DNA from: an uncultured Planctomycetaceae bacterium
GTDB lineage: Bacteria; Planctomycetota; Planctomycetia; Pirellulales; UBA7805
Assembly (NCBI GenBank): GCA_964385715.1
Contig: CAYLRE010000004.1
Coordinates: forward strand, 1 to 51,542
DNA: 51,542 bases
Direction of reading: 5' to 3'
In this document: positions 9,283-18,412 of the stretch, piece after piece
How positions within the stretch are numbered: the stretch's first letter is position 1
How the letters are laid out: each line of letters opens with the position of its first letter
Made by a program: the position numbers and the translations under genes
The notes under the pieces: model-generated
The model's input: the letters and a program-made list of their open reading frames with translations, nothing else
The model's database searches: none
Told to the model about the DNA's origin: nothing

Positions 9283-12264
9283 TTGAAAAAGATCATGAAG
9301 ATCCCCTATTACGCTCGTTACGCCTTCGCCATTCTTGCGGCGGCCGTGTTCATGCTTCCTATCGTCATGCGCGGAGCTGGGCAAGCTGTCCAGAACACTG
9401 AGAATGACGTCAAGAAGTGGTTGCCCGAAGGCTTTGAAGAAACCAAAGTTCTAGAGTGGTTTGGTGACCACTTTCTGGGCGAACATTTCGTGCTAGTGAG
9501 CTGGGAGGGGTGCACACTCGATGATCCGCGACTGGAGACGCTGGCCAAGAAGGTCGTTCCGCCGGCGGATGCCGAGTTGCCGAAGGATCAGCCGCAATAT
9601 TTTAAGACTGTGATCACCGGTCGACGTGTTCTTGACCAAATGACGGACCCCGAGGGCAGCCTCAAGCTGAGTCGCAAAGAAGCGATCAAACGACTTACCG
9701 GCACGCTCATTGGTGCTGACGGAGAAACGACCTGTCTGGTCGCCACGCTCACGAAAGAGGGCGAAGACAATCTGCGCCTGGCGCTCGGCAACACCTGGCC
9801 GCTAACGCGCGTGCTGCACGGCCGCAGCGACGGCGTGATGATCGAACTCGCCAAGCAGTGCGCCATCGATAAAGAGGATCTCATGATGGGAGGTCCCCCC
9901 GTCGACAATGTCGCTATTGATGACGAAGGGGAAATTACGCTGATGCGCTTGGCGGGACTTTCGGGTCTCGTCGGCTTGATCGCCTCTTGGTATTGCTTCC
10001 GCAGCAAACGCGTCACGCTGTTTGTCTTCTGCTCCGGCCTGTACAGCGCCATGATCGCGCTGGCCATGGTCTGGTACAGCGGTGGACAGGTCGACGCGGT
10101 CATGATGTCGATGCCATCGGTGGTTTACGTACTTGGCATCTCAGGGGCGATTCACTTAGTTAACTACTACCGCGATTCCGTTCGCGAAACAGGCCTTGCC
10201 ACCGCCCCCGGCTCAGCGGTGAAGCATGCCTGGATGCCCTGTTGTTTGGCCGCGCTAACGACGGCGCTGGGGCTCGGTTCGCTCGCTATGAGTGAGATCC
10301 TGCCGATTCGCAACTTCGGCACCTACGCAGCTCTCGGCGTGTTGGCTACGTTGATGCTGCTGTTGGCTCTCTTGCCGGCCTTATTGCAACTCTGGCCACC
10401 GCGACAGCGCGACCCGCAAAAAACAATCGATGAACGACTCTACAAGGTTGACGATCACCCGGCGCAAAGTATCTGGCATCAGCGCCTGATGGCCTGGGGC
10501 CAGTGGATTGTTGGTCATCATTGGCGAGTTAGCTTCGCCTGCCTGATCATGATGGTTGGCCTGGCGGCCGGACTCTACAAGACGGAAACCACCGTTCAGC
10601 TGCTCAAGCTGTTCGCGCCCGGGGCGGATATCATTTCTGACTACACTTGGCTGGAAAAGAACATCGGCGACCTTGTCCCGATGGAGGTCGTGGTTCGTGT
10701 CGACAAAGATCGTCAACGCGGTATTGACGATGATCAAGTGATGAAGGATGGCCACTACCAGCTATCGTTCCTAGAGCGACTCGAACTGGTGTCTCGCGTG
10801 CAAAAGAGGATTGAATCGCGACCGGAAGTTGGTCGTGCGTTGGCCGTAACGACGTTCGCGCCGACACTGCCCGAATACGACGCCGGTTTCAGCACCCGCA
10901 GCGCCTACAATTCAGGTCTGCAGCAACACATCCAGGAGTATCTCGACGGCGAGTATCTTCGCGAGACGGAGGACGGCGAGCAGCTGTTCCGCATCAGCGC
11001 TCGCGTGGCAGCTCTGCCCGAGAATGAGGCAGACGAAGTCGATTACGGCGAGTTCGTGCAGGATATTCGCACGATCGTCGAACCGATCGTGACCGCCTAT
11101 CACCAGCGTGATCGTATCATGAACGCCCTGGCCGCCGACGGAAAACCCCATCGTGGCAAACGGGTCGTGCTAGTCGGATTGCCTTCGCCCAAGATGCTGG
11201 CGGATAACGCTGAAAACACGGAGGGCGACCAACAACCGGTCGATAGTGAGGCAGCTGAATCCGTTACGACGCCACTTAGTGTGGAGACACAAGCCAAGCT
11301 CGAAATGGCCGCTATGCTCGGCAAACTGCTCAAGTCCAATGGGCTGCGGGTCAGTTGGTTGCACGAAGGAGTGACCGAGAAGCACCTCGCCCATGTTCCG
11401 AAGGCGATCGCGCGGGCCGATGTCGTCTTCGCCATGGCCGATCATCCAGGATTCACGCATGAATTGGTCGTCGAGAATGCCAAACAACTGATTGACGCCC
11501 GCGCTCTCAATGCATTGGATCCGGTCCACAGCGAATCGAATTTGGCGGCGGTTTATACCGGGGTTGTGCCGCTGGTCTACAAGGCTCAACGCACGCTGCT
11601 GGCCGGACTCATCAAAAGTACCGGACTGGCGTTTCTGTTGATCTGCATCGTGATGATTGCAATCCTTCGTTCGCCGACCGCGGGCGTGCTCTCCATGATC
11701 CCCAACGTCTTTCCGCTGGTGGTCGTGTTTGGAGCAATGGGTTGGCTCGGCATCGCCATCGACATTGGCACGATGATGACAGCTGGCGTGGCGATGGGTG
11801 TCGCTGTCGACGATACGCTTCACTTCCTGACTTGGTTCCGTCGCGGTATCGTACAGGGACTCAGCCGCAAGGGTGCGATTGCCCTGGCATACGATCGCTG
11901 TGCGATGGCGATGATGCAGACGACCATCATCGGTGGGCTGGGGCTCGGCGTGTTCATCTTCAGTACCTTCTCGCCAACACAACGGTTCGGGTACCTGATG
12001 GCGACGCTGTTGGCGGCCGCCATCGTTGGCGACTTGATCTTCCTGCCGGCTCTGTTGGCTGGACCATTGGGAAGGTTCTTTGGAGGACGCAAGGCGAAGG
12101 CCAATGAAGAAAGCCTCAAATCTTCGGAGAAGCGGGACCGCGGTCAGGAACGCGACGATGCCGCGCACCGTCACGAAGATATCAAACCGGCACCGCATTT
12201 CGGGCATCATGTCGGTATGAATGTGCGACAAGATCCGCCGCACGATTTCCGGCAGACCTCGTAA
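9283..12264 (+). CDS. MMPL/RND family transporter (lipid-exporter type)
   Basis: Two halves each with TM1, a large loop and five further TMs. Motifs GAIHLVNYYRD, ILPIRNFG, SMIPNVFP, VAVDDTLHFLTWF and PTQRFG. Start is TTG 9283 or ATG 9295. Confidence 0.9.
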   Translation: MKKIMKIPYYARYAFAILAAAVFMLPIVMRGAGQAVQNTENDVKKWLPEGFEETKVLEWFGDHFLGEHFVLVSWEGCTLDDPRLETLAKKVVPPADAELPKDQPQYFKTVITGRRVLDQMTDPEGSLKLSRKEAIKRLTGTLIGADGETTCLVATLTKEGEDNLRLALGNTWPLTRVLHGRSDGVMIELAKQCAIDKEDLMMGGPPVDNVAIDDEGEITLMRLAGLSGLVGLIASWYCFRSKRVTLFVFCSGLYSAMIALAMVWYSGGQVDAVMMSMPSVVYVLGISGAIHLVNYYRDSVRETGLATAPGSAVKHAWMPCCLAALTTALGLGSLAMSEILPIRNFGTYAALGVLATLMLLLALLPALLQLWPPRQRDPQKTIDERLYKVDDHPAQSIWHQRLMAWGQWIVGHHWRVSFACLIMMVGLAAGLYKTETTVQLLKLFAPGADIISDYTWLEKNIGDLVPMEVVVRVDKDRQRGIDDDQVMKDGHYQLSFLERLELVSRVQKRIESRPEVGRALAVTTFAPTLPEYDAGFSTRSAYNSGLQQHIQEYLDGEYLRETEDGEQLFRISARVAALPENEADEVDYGEFVQDIRTIVEPIVTAYHQRDRIMNALAADGKPHRGKRVVLVGLPSPKMLADNAENTEGDQQPVDSEAAESVTTPLSVETQAKLEMAAMLGKLLKSNGLRVSWLHEGVTEKHLAHVPKAIARADVVFAMADHPGFTHELVVENAKQLIDARALNALDPVHSESNLAAVYTGVVPLVYKAQRTLLAGLIKSTGLAFLLICIVMIAILRSPTAGVLSMIPNVFPLVVVFGAMGWLGIAIDIGTMMTAGVAMGVAVDDTLHFLTWFRRGIVQGLSRKGAIALAYDRCAMAMMQTTIIGGLGLGVFIFSTFSPTQRFGYLMATLLAAAIVGDLIFLPALLAGPLGRFFGGRKAKANEESLKSSEKRDRGQERDDAAHRHEDIKPAPHFGHHVGMNVRQDPPHDFRQTS

Positions 12265-12305
12265 CGCTGCGGGGTATGTCGGGCCAGAAAGTCCGACGAG
12301 AGAGT

Positions 12306-13607
12306 CTATGGAGCCGCGATCAACAGCGCGGCTGCTTGTCCGGTCGTCGCCTGGTTGAGCACAAGAGCAGTCTTCTTGGCGTCCTTGAGCGAACTGCCGT
12401 GGATCACGTTTACCGGGCAGTCTGGGTCAGCCTGCTCGTAGTTCAGAGTGACCGGCACCTCGCCGTTCTGTAGTGCCAACACGCTGACGGCCGCTTCGAC
12501 CGCGCCACTACCGGCGCCAAGATGTCCGAAGAAACTCTTCGGGGCGGTGACGGGAACATCGCCGAGCACCTTGCGAATTGCCTGGGCTTCAAGACGGTCT
12601 GATTCGATGCCGCTGAGACCATGGGCGTTGACGTGACCGACATCTTCGGGATTTAGATTCGCTTCCGCGAGCGCCTGCTCGATGGCTCGGCAAATGGCAT
12701 CACCGGTGAGCGGTTCATTGTCGGCGTGCGGTTCAAAGGCGTTACCGTGTCCCAGCACGCGGGCCAAAATGTTCGCACCACGGGCCTCTGCCACTTGTCG
12801 GCATTCCAGTACCACGGCACCAGAACCTTCACCGTGCACAAATCCGTCGCGTGCTGCGTCAAACGGACGGCTGGCAGCCTGCGGATCGTCGTTACGGTGG
12901 GATAGCTGTTCATCTCCCTTGGTGATGATGTTCATGGCATGCAGCCGGCTGCTCGTTCCGCCGGCGACCATCAGGTCGGCCTGGCCTCGCGAGATAACGC
13001 GGCTGGCTTCCATCATCGCCAGCAAACTCGACACCTCGCCCAAGGTAATGGAGTTGTTCGGCCCGCGGGCATCGAGCGCGATCCCGATGTGACAGGCTGG
13101 CATGTTGGGCAGGTACTTGAGCATCCACAGCGGATACATGTTCGGCAGTGCCTTCGATCCCCACTGGGAGAAGTCGAACTTGCCGTCCTGCATGCAACTG
13201 TTGTAGGCGTCTTTGAGGTCCTGCAAATCGCAGTACATCATGTCGGCGCCGAAGACCACACCAAAGCGATCGGAGTCGACGGTCTGATCGGCTAGTCCGG
13301 CATCGGCAAAGGCCAGATCGGCGGCCGTAAAGCCGAGCTGAATTTCCCGCGACATGACCTTCAGGCTCTTCCGCGGACGGACGAACTTCTTGGGCTCGAA
13401 ATCGCGGACCGGGGCCCCGAATTTGACCTTCCACTCGTCGACGTCGAAAAGGTCGACCGGGCCGACACCGCTGCGGCCTTCGGTGAGCGAGGACCAGAAG
13501 GCCTCACGACCGATGCCGATCGGACTGACCATGCCTACGCCGGTGATGACGACTTCCCGAGAGTCGGTCTCCTGGGAGTCATTTCCGTAGATCTGAAGGT
13601 GGGACAT
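12306..13607 (-). CDS. Beta-ketoacyl-ACP synthase (FabF-like) family protein lacking the catalytic Cys
   Basis: VVITGVGMVSPIG, SRPFDAARDGFVHGEG, VNAHG and KSFFGH. The active-site segment reads GPNNSITLGEVSS, with Glu where FabF has Cys. Start moved to ATG 13607. Confidence 0.9.
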   Translation of the reverse strand: MSHLQIYGNDSQETDSREVVITGVGMVSPIGIGREAFWSSLTEGRSGVGPVDLFDVDEWKVKFGAPVRDFEPKKFVRPRKSLKVMSREIQLGFTAADLAFADAGLADQTVDSDRFGVVFGADMMYCDLQDLKDAYNSCMQDGKFDFSQWGSKALPNMYPLWMLKYLPNMPACHIGIALDARGPNNSITLGEVSSLLAMMEASRVISRGQADLMVAGGTSSRLHAMNIITKGDEQLSHRNDDPQAASRPFDAARDGFVHGEGSGAVVLECRQVAEARGANILARVLGHGNAFEPHADNEPLTGDAICRAIEQALAEANLNPEDVGHVNAHGLSGIESDRLEAQAIRKVLGDVPVTAPKSFFGHLGAGSGAVEAAVSVLALQNGEVPVTLNYEQADPDCPVNVIHGSSLKDAKKTALVLNQATTGQAAALLIAAP

Positions 13608-14044
13608 CGAGGCGCGGCGTGCGAAAGGCAGGAGGCGGGGAAATCTACAGGAACCGTCCGCTCCGTCGGCTAGCTTGGAGATCCATCGAAGCCACCCATC
13701 GTAGCGGCAAGTCCCTGTGCTAGCAAGGAATAGCGCCACGGCGGAAACAGAGGGGACCGGAGCAGGGACCGCCGCTAGCGTCCTCCAGAGGACGGCTACA
13801 GCGACCATTAGTCATCGGATCTCGCCGGCCATGAGGATCAAGCTTGTGTGACCGGCCCGCACACAGGGCATGAGATGGTCGATTTTGCCTCATCAGAGCG
13901 GGCGAGAAAATTGGATTTACCCCTACGGATGGACTATCCTGAATTCCGATAATATCTGTACTGTCCGTCCCATCTGGACGCCAGCGGCCGAGCAGAAAGG
14001 CCGGTCTTGGAAGCAAGCGTCGTGCAATCAATCTTGAGGAAGTC

Positions 14045-15223
14045 ATGAAACAGGAAATGAAAAAGGACCCGCTCGAATCATTCTCGCTAGCCGAGGCTCG
14101 TCGCCTGGTGACGGACTTATTCGAGCCAAATCCGTGGATCTATTGGACCGATTTCATGGTCACGATCTCGGTCGGCATGGCCTGCTTCCCCGTGATTTCT
14201 CACGCACCGTCGATTCCGGTTCGCCTGGTGGCTTTCGTCGTTTGCGCATTAGCCTTTTATCGCGCGAGCATCTTCACGCACGAGATGGTGCACCTGCCAG
14301 GCAAGAAGTGGAAGCCGTTTCGCTTCGCCTGGAATATGCTGTGCGGCATTCCGTTCTTGATTCCGTCTTTCACCTACTACACGCACCTCGATCATCATCG
14401 CCGCAAGCACTATGGCACGCGGCGCGATGCGGAGTATCTGCCGCTGGCAGCACAACCGCCCTATAAGACGGTGCTTTATTTGATGCAGTCGTTGGTCGCG
14501 TACCCGCTGGCCATCATTCGCTTTGGCATCGTGACGCCGCTTTCCTGGATCAGCCCTGCGGTTCGCGACTTTGCTGCCAAGCACGCCTCGTCGATGATCA
14601 TGGATCCTTTTTACATTCGCCCGTTGCCGTCGGCCAAAGAGCGACGCGTCTGGCGCATCCAAGAGCTGCTCTGCTTCGCCTGGGTCGTCGGCCTGGCAAC
14701 CGTCTACATCCGCGGCGTGATTCCTTTTACCGGGAAGCCGCTTCCGTGGGACTTCCTGCCGAAGCTGTACGGGTTGTCGGTGGCGATCATGCTGCTCAAC
14801 TCGATTCGGACGCTTGGCTCGCACCGCTTCCTTGGAGCTGACGAAGAAGAGTTCACCTTTACTGAGCAGCTCGTCGATTCGGTGAATCATCCGGGCCACG
14901 CGATTGTCGGCCCGTTGTGGGCACCGCTGGGACAGCGCTATCACGCCCTGCACCACCTGTTCCCCTCGATGCCGTATCATCATCTCGGGACGGCTCATTA
15001 CCGCCTGATGGAACAGTTGCCGGCTGACTCGGCCTATCGCATGACGAATAGTCCAGGCCTAACCGCGACGCTGGTCGATCTCTGGCGTCAGGCTCGTTCG
15101 TCGGCCCGTGGCGTCGCACCGGTTCCGCCCTGGCATGTCCAGAAGTACCAAGAGCCGAACGGAGTTGACGCTTCTAGCCGCCGCGAAACGGCCGAAGTCG
15201 AAGTGTACAGCGAATCCAGGTGA
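14045..15223 (+). CDS. Membrane fatty acid desaturase/hydroxylase family protein
   Basis: Three His boxes (THEMVH, HLDHHRR, YHALHHLFPSMPYHHL) plus TM segments. Confidence 0.9.
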   Translation: MKQEMKKDPLESFSLAEARRLVTDLFEPNPWIYWTDFMVTISVGMACFPVISHAPSIPVRLVAFVVCALAFYRASIFTHEMVHLPGKKWKPFRFAWNMLCGIPFLIPSFTYYTHLDHHRRKHYGTRRDAEYLPLAAQPPYKTVLYLMQSLVAYPLAIIRFGIVTPLSWISPAVRDFAAKHASSMIMDPFYIRPLPSAKERRVWRIQELLCFAWVVGLATVYIRGVIPFTGKPLPWDFLPKLYGLSVAIMLLNSIRTLGSHRFLGADEEEFTFTEQLVDSVNHPGHAIVGPLWAPLGQRYHALHHLFPSMPYHHLGTAHYRLMEQLPADSAYRMTNSPGLTATLVDLWRQARSSARGVAPVPPWHVQKYQEPNGVDASSRRETAEVEVYSESR

Positions 15224-15251
15224 CGGCGAATCCAGGTGACGGCGAATCCAG
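15210..15251. repeat. 16-bp tandem repeat GCGAATCCAGGTGACG x2.6
   Basis: Read directly: units start at 15210, 15226 and 15242 (partial). The first unit contains the desaturase TGA. Confidence 0.9.
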
Positions 15252-15286
15252 CTAACAAAGGGCCGTGGTGTCGCGGCTACCGGTTC

Positions 15287-16414
15287 TTATCGACCTTCGT
15301 AGTCGTAAAGGCGATAGACCTTGGAGCGAATCGCGCCACCCTTTTCCAGGCCGCGGCGCGACAGCTTATTCGACTCTAATACCCAAGAGAACTCGCACGA
15401 CGTCAGTCCCCAGGCGACGCCTTTCGGTTCGAGTCCTTGTAGCACGACCAGGCCAACGCCCCAGGTCTGATACTCGGGCACTACGGTCGTGGCGATCGCC
15501 CGCGAGTTCTTGATGTCGTGGCGATTCCGCAACAGCTTCAGGAAGCCGAACGGGAACAGCTTGCCATCGATCTCCTTGATGCGGGGGTTGTAGTCCAAAA
15601 GGCACATCACGGCACCGACCACCTTGCCGTCGATCTCGGCCACGCAGGTGAGTTCCGGAATCAGCAGGTGACGTAGCGACGCAGCCATGTGTTGCATCTC
15701 GCCTTGTGATAGGGGGACGAAACCCCACGTGCCGGCGAGTGCTCGATTGTAAAGATCGACGTAGGTATCGACCTCTTCGCGGAAACGCGACTTCTCCATC
15801 GAGCGAACCTTGATCCCGAATCGCTCCTTTGCTTCGTTGCCAATGAAGGCCAGCTTCTCGTCCAACTGCGAGAGCATTTCCAGGTGCCCGTCGTAGGCAT
15901 ACAGGTCCTGACACTTCTCGTACCCACAGGCCTCGATCAACCGCCCGTAGTATTCCGGGTTGTAGGTCATCATGAAGCATGGCGATGTGTCAAAGCCCTC
16001 GACGAGCAGTCCGCACTCGTAGTTGAGTGAGGGGTTTACCGGCCCCCGGATCGTTTCCATGTCCCGTTCGGTCAGCCAGGTGCGAGCCGCCTCGAAGAGT
16101 CCCTTGGCAACCGCCTCGTCGTCGATCGATTCGAAGAAGCCGAAAAAGCCACGCTTCTCGTTGTGGCGTTCGTTGTGGCCGTGATTGATGATCGCCGCGA
16201 TCCGACCGCAGGGCGCGCCATCCTTCACTGCCAAAAAGGTCTGCACCTCGTTCCGCTCGTAGAAGGGGTGCTTCTTGTAGCCAACCAACTCTTTCTGGTT
16301 CGTCCGCAGCGGCGGAATCCAGAGCGGATCGTCGCGATACAGCGACCACGGAAGCTCCAGGAATTGCTTCCGCTGGCGGCGACTCGATACCTGTTGAATT
16401 TCCAAGTTGGCCAT
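15287..16414 (-). CDS. GNAT-superfamily N-acyltransferase (YghO / bacterial ceramide synthase-like)
   Basis: FLELPWSLYRDDPLWIPPL, HPFY, GRIAAIIN, GFFGFFES, IRGPVNPSLNYECGLLVEGFD..MMTYNPEYY, VVPEYQTWGVG and EFSWVLESN. Start moved to ATG 16414. Confidence 0.8.
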   Translation of the reverse strand: MANLEIQQVSSRRQRKQFLELPWSLYRDDPLWIPPLRTNQKELVGYKKHPFYERNEVQTFLAVKDGAPCGRIAAIINHGHNERHNEKRGFFGFFESIDDEAVAKGLFEAARTWLTERDMETIRGPVNPSLNYECGLLVEGFDTSPCFMMTYNPEYYGRLIEACGYEKCQDLYAYDGHLEMLSQLDEKLAFIGNEAKERFGIKVRSMEKSRFREEVDTYVDLYNRALAGTWGFVPLSQGEMQHMAASLRHLLIPELTCVAEIDGKVVGAVMCLLDYNPRIKEIDGKLFPFGFLKLLRNRHDIKNSRAIATTVVPEYQTWGVGLVVLQGLEPKGVAWGLTSCEFSWVLESNKLSRRGLEKGGAIRSKVYRLYDYEGR

Positions 16415-16544
16415 CGTGGGATTACCCGGGAGAGACGAGGAGTGTTCGCGACGTGTCACCCGAGGAAATCAGGCGATTGGCGAACGAGCCAGTCTAGCTG
16501 CGTGCGCAAGCTCGGGTCAACGGGCAGGTTAGGATACGTACTCC

Positions 16545-17351
16545 CTACTTCGCACCCATGCGTAACGCCCCGTCGAGCCGTAGCACGCAGCCGTTGAGCA
16601 TCCGGTTTTCCAAGATGTGCATGGCCAGATTCGCGAACTCGGCCGGGTCGCCCAGTCGTGGCGGAAACGGCACCTGCGATTCGAGCGACTCGCAATACTC
16701 GTCCGAAATGTCGTTCATCATCGGCGTCGCGAACACGCCCGGGGCGATCGCAGCCACACGAATGCCGGAGGTACCCAACTCACGGGCCGCCGGCAGGACC
16801 ATGCTCGCCACGCCCCCTTTCGAGGCCGAGTAAGCCGCCTGACCGAGCTGCCCTTCGAAGGCCGCCACACTGCTGGTCATGATCACCACGCCCCGTTCGT
16901 CGTCCGCTTCGCCGGCGTCGTTATTCGCCATGGCCGCCGCCGCCAGACGCATGGCATTGAAGCTGCCGACCAGATTGACTTCGATCACGCGGCGATAGAG
17001 ATCCAAGTCGTGCGGGCCGCGACGACCGACGACGCGCGACGCCCCCAAGATTCCAGCGCAAAGAATTGCACCATGCAAACCGCCAAACTCTTGGACCGCT
17101 GTGTCGACCGCCGCTTGCATACTCGCCTCGTCCGTAACGTCAGTGGCGTGGAAGTGGGGTGCTACTGGTAGCTCGCTACCAGTGCCGCTGCCCGTGCTTT
17201 CCTTCAGCTCTTCAACGAGCGCCACGCCCGCTTCTTCATTCACGTCGGCGATCAGCACCGAGGCACCCTCGGCCACCAGACGCCGCACACAGGCAGCCCC
17301 CAGTCCAGATGCTCCGCCAGTTACAATGAATGACTTCTGGGCGATGTCCAT
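16545..17351 (-). CDS. Short-chain dehydrogenase, 3-hydroxyacyl-CoA dehydrogenase type II (HSD17B10-like)
   Basis: TGGASGLG, SSVAAFEGQLGQAAYSASKGG, IAPGVFATPM and NGCVLRLDGALRM. GAGGA precedes ATG 17351. Confidence 0.9.
   Translation of the reverse strand: MDIAQKSFIVTGGASGLGAACVRRLVAEGASVLIADVNEEAGVALVEELKESTGSGTGSELPVAPHFHATDVTDEASMQAAVDTAVQEFGGLHGAILCAGILGASRVVGRRGPHDLDLYRRVIEVNLVGSFNAMRLAAAAMANNDAGEADDERGVVIMTSSVAAFEGQLGQAAYSASKGGVASMVLPAARELGTSGIRVAAIAPGVFATPMMNDISDEYCESLESQVPFPPRLGDPAEFANLAMHILENRMLNGCVLRLDGALRMGAK
17156..17187. repeat. REP-like palindrome family B (long form) inside the SDR coding sequence
   Basis: GGGGTGCTACTGGTAGCTCGCTACCAGTGCCG matches intergenic 33323-33354 at 31 of 32 positions. 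Confidence 0.9.
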
Positions 17352-17651
17352 GAGTTCCTCGTTGATCTCGATTGCATACGTACGATCGTGCAGTCCAGGT
17401 GCCAACACAGGAGATTGCACCCGGTTTCCCTGAGTATCGCACTCCAAGGTCACCCGCCGCAATGCGAACTGCGCACGGTCGCCGCGGCCCGCCTGTTTGC
17501 CGCCGCTGAGCAGCTATGGTATCGTGCCACATCACTAATCAATCGACCCGCGGTCCCTATACTTTCTTGGTGACAGCGGCCTCGTGGTTCGATCCGCCGA
17601 CCCAACCTGCCCACCTGAGCCCAGCCGCTACCCACCAGAGATAGTCCCGCC

Positions 17652-18401
17652 ATGCCCAAGCAATACCGCCCCATTCTCAGCCTCGCCGTTCTCCGTCGTC
17701 CCGCCGGCCTGGCGGCCCTGTTCGTTGCTGCGGTCGCCATCACCGCCTATGCCCAAACGGAATACAAGAGCGGCATCAACTGGCCACGCCCGCAGGTCGT
17801 CACGCCGGGCGCAGGCACGGCCGCGCCGTCCGACGCCATTGTGTTGTTCGACGGCACCGATCTATCCGCCTGGGAGGGTGGTCCCTGGAAGGTCCAAGAC
17901 GGCTACTTCAAGCCGGCTCAAGGACAGCTCGCAACGAAGCAGAAATTCGGCGATTGCCAGCTGCACATCGAATGGGCCACGCCCACCAAGATCACCGGTG
18001 AAGGGCAACGCCGCGGCAACAGCGGCGTGAAGCTGATGGGCGTCTACGAGATACAGATTCTCGATTCCTTTGAGAATGAGACCTACTACGACGGGCAGGC
18101 GGGCGCCATCTACAAACAGCGGCCGCCGCTGGTAAACGCTTGCCGCAAGCCGGGCGAGTGGCAGTCCTACGACATCATCTTCCATGCACCCAAGTTCGAC
18201 GCCGAAGGCAAGTTGACCTCACCGGCCCACATGACGGTCTTGCAGAACGGCGTGCTGATTCAGGACAACTTCGAGCTGCTAGGGGCCACCGCCTGGCTCG
18301 AAGCGCCCGCCTACACGGCCCACGGCGAGAAAGAGTCGCTGCTCCTACAGAACCACGGAAACGCGGTCCGCTTCCGCAACATCTGGATCCGAGAACTGTA
18401 G
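17652..18401 (+). CDS. DUF1080 (3-keto-disaccharide hydrolase-like) secreted protein
   Basis: Signal peptide, [49 protein letters not shown] and [20 protein letters not shown]. Confidence 0.9.
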   Translation: MPKQYRPILSLAVLRRPAGLAALFVAAVAITAYAQTEYKSGINWPRPQVVTPGAGTAAPSDAIVLFDGTDLSAWEGGPWKVQDGYFKPAQGQLATKQKFGDCQLHIEWATPTKITGEGQRRGNSGVKLMGVYEIQILDSFENETYYDGQAGAIYKQRPPLVNACRKPGEWQSYDIIFHAPKFDAEGKLTSPAHMTVLQNGVLIQDNFELLGATAWLEAPAYTAHGEKESLLLQNHGNAVRFRNIWIREL

Positions 18402-18412
18402 ACGCCCCGAGC

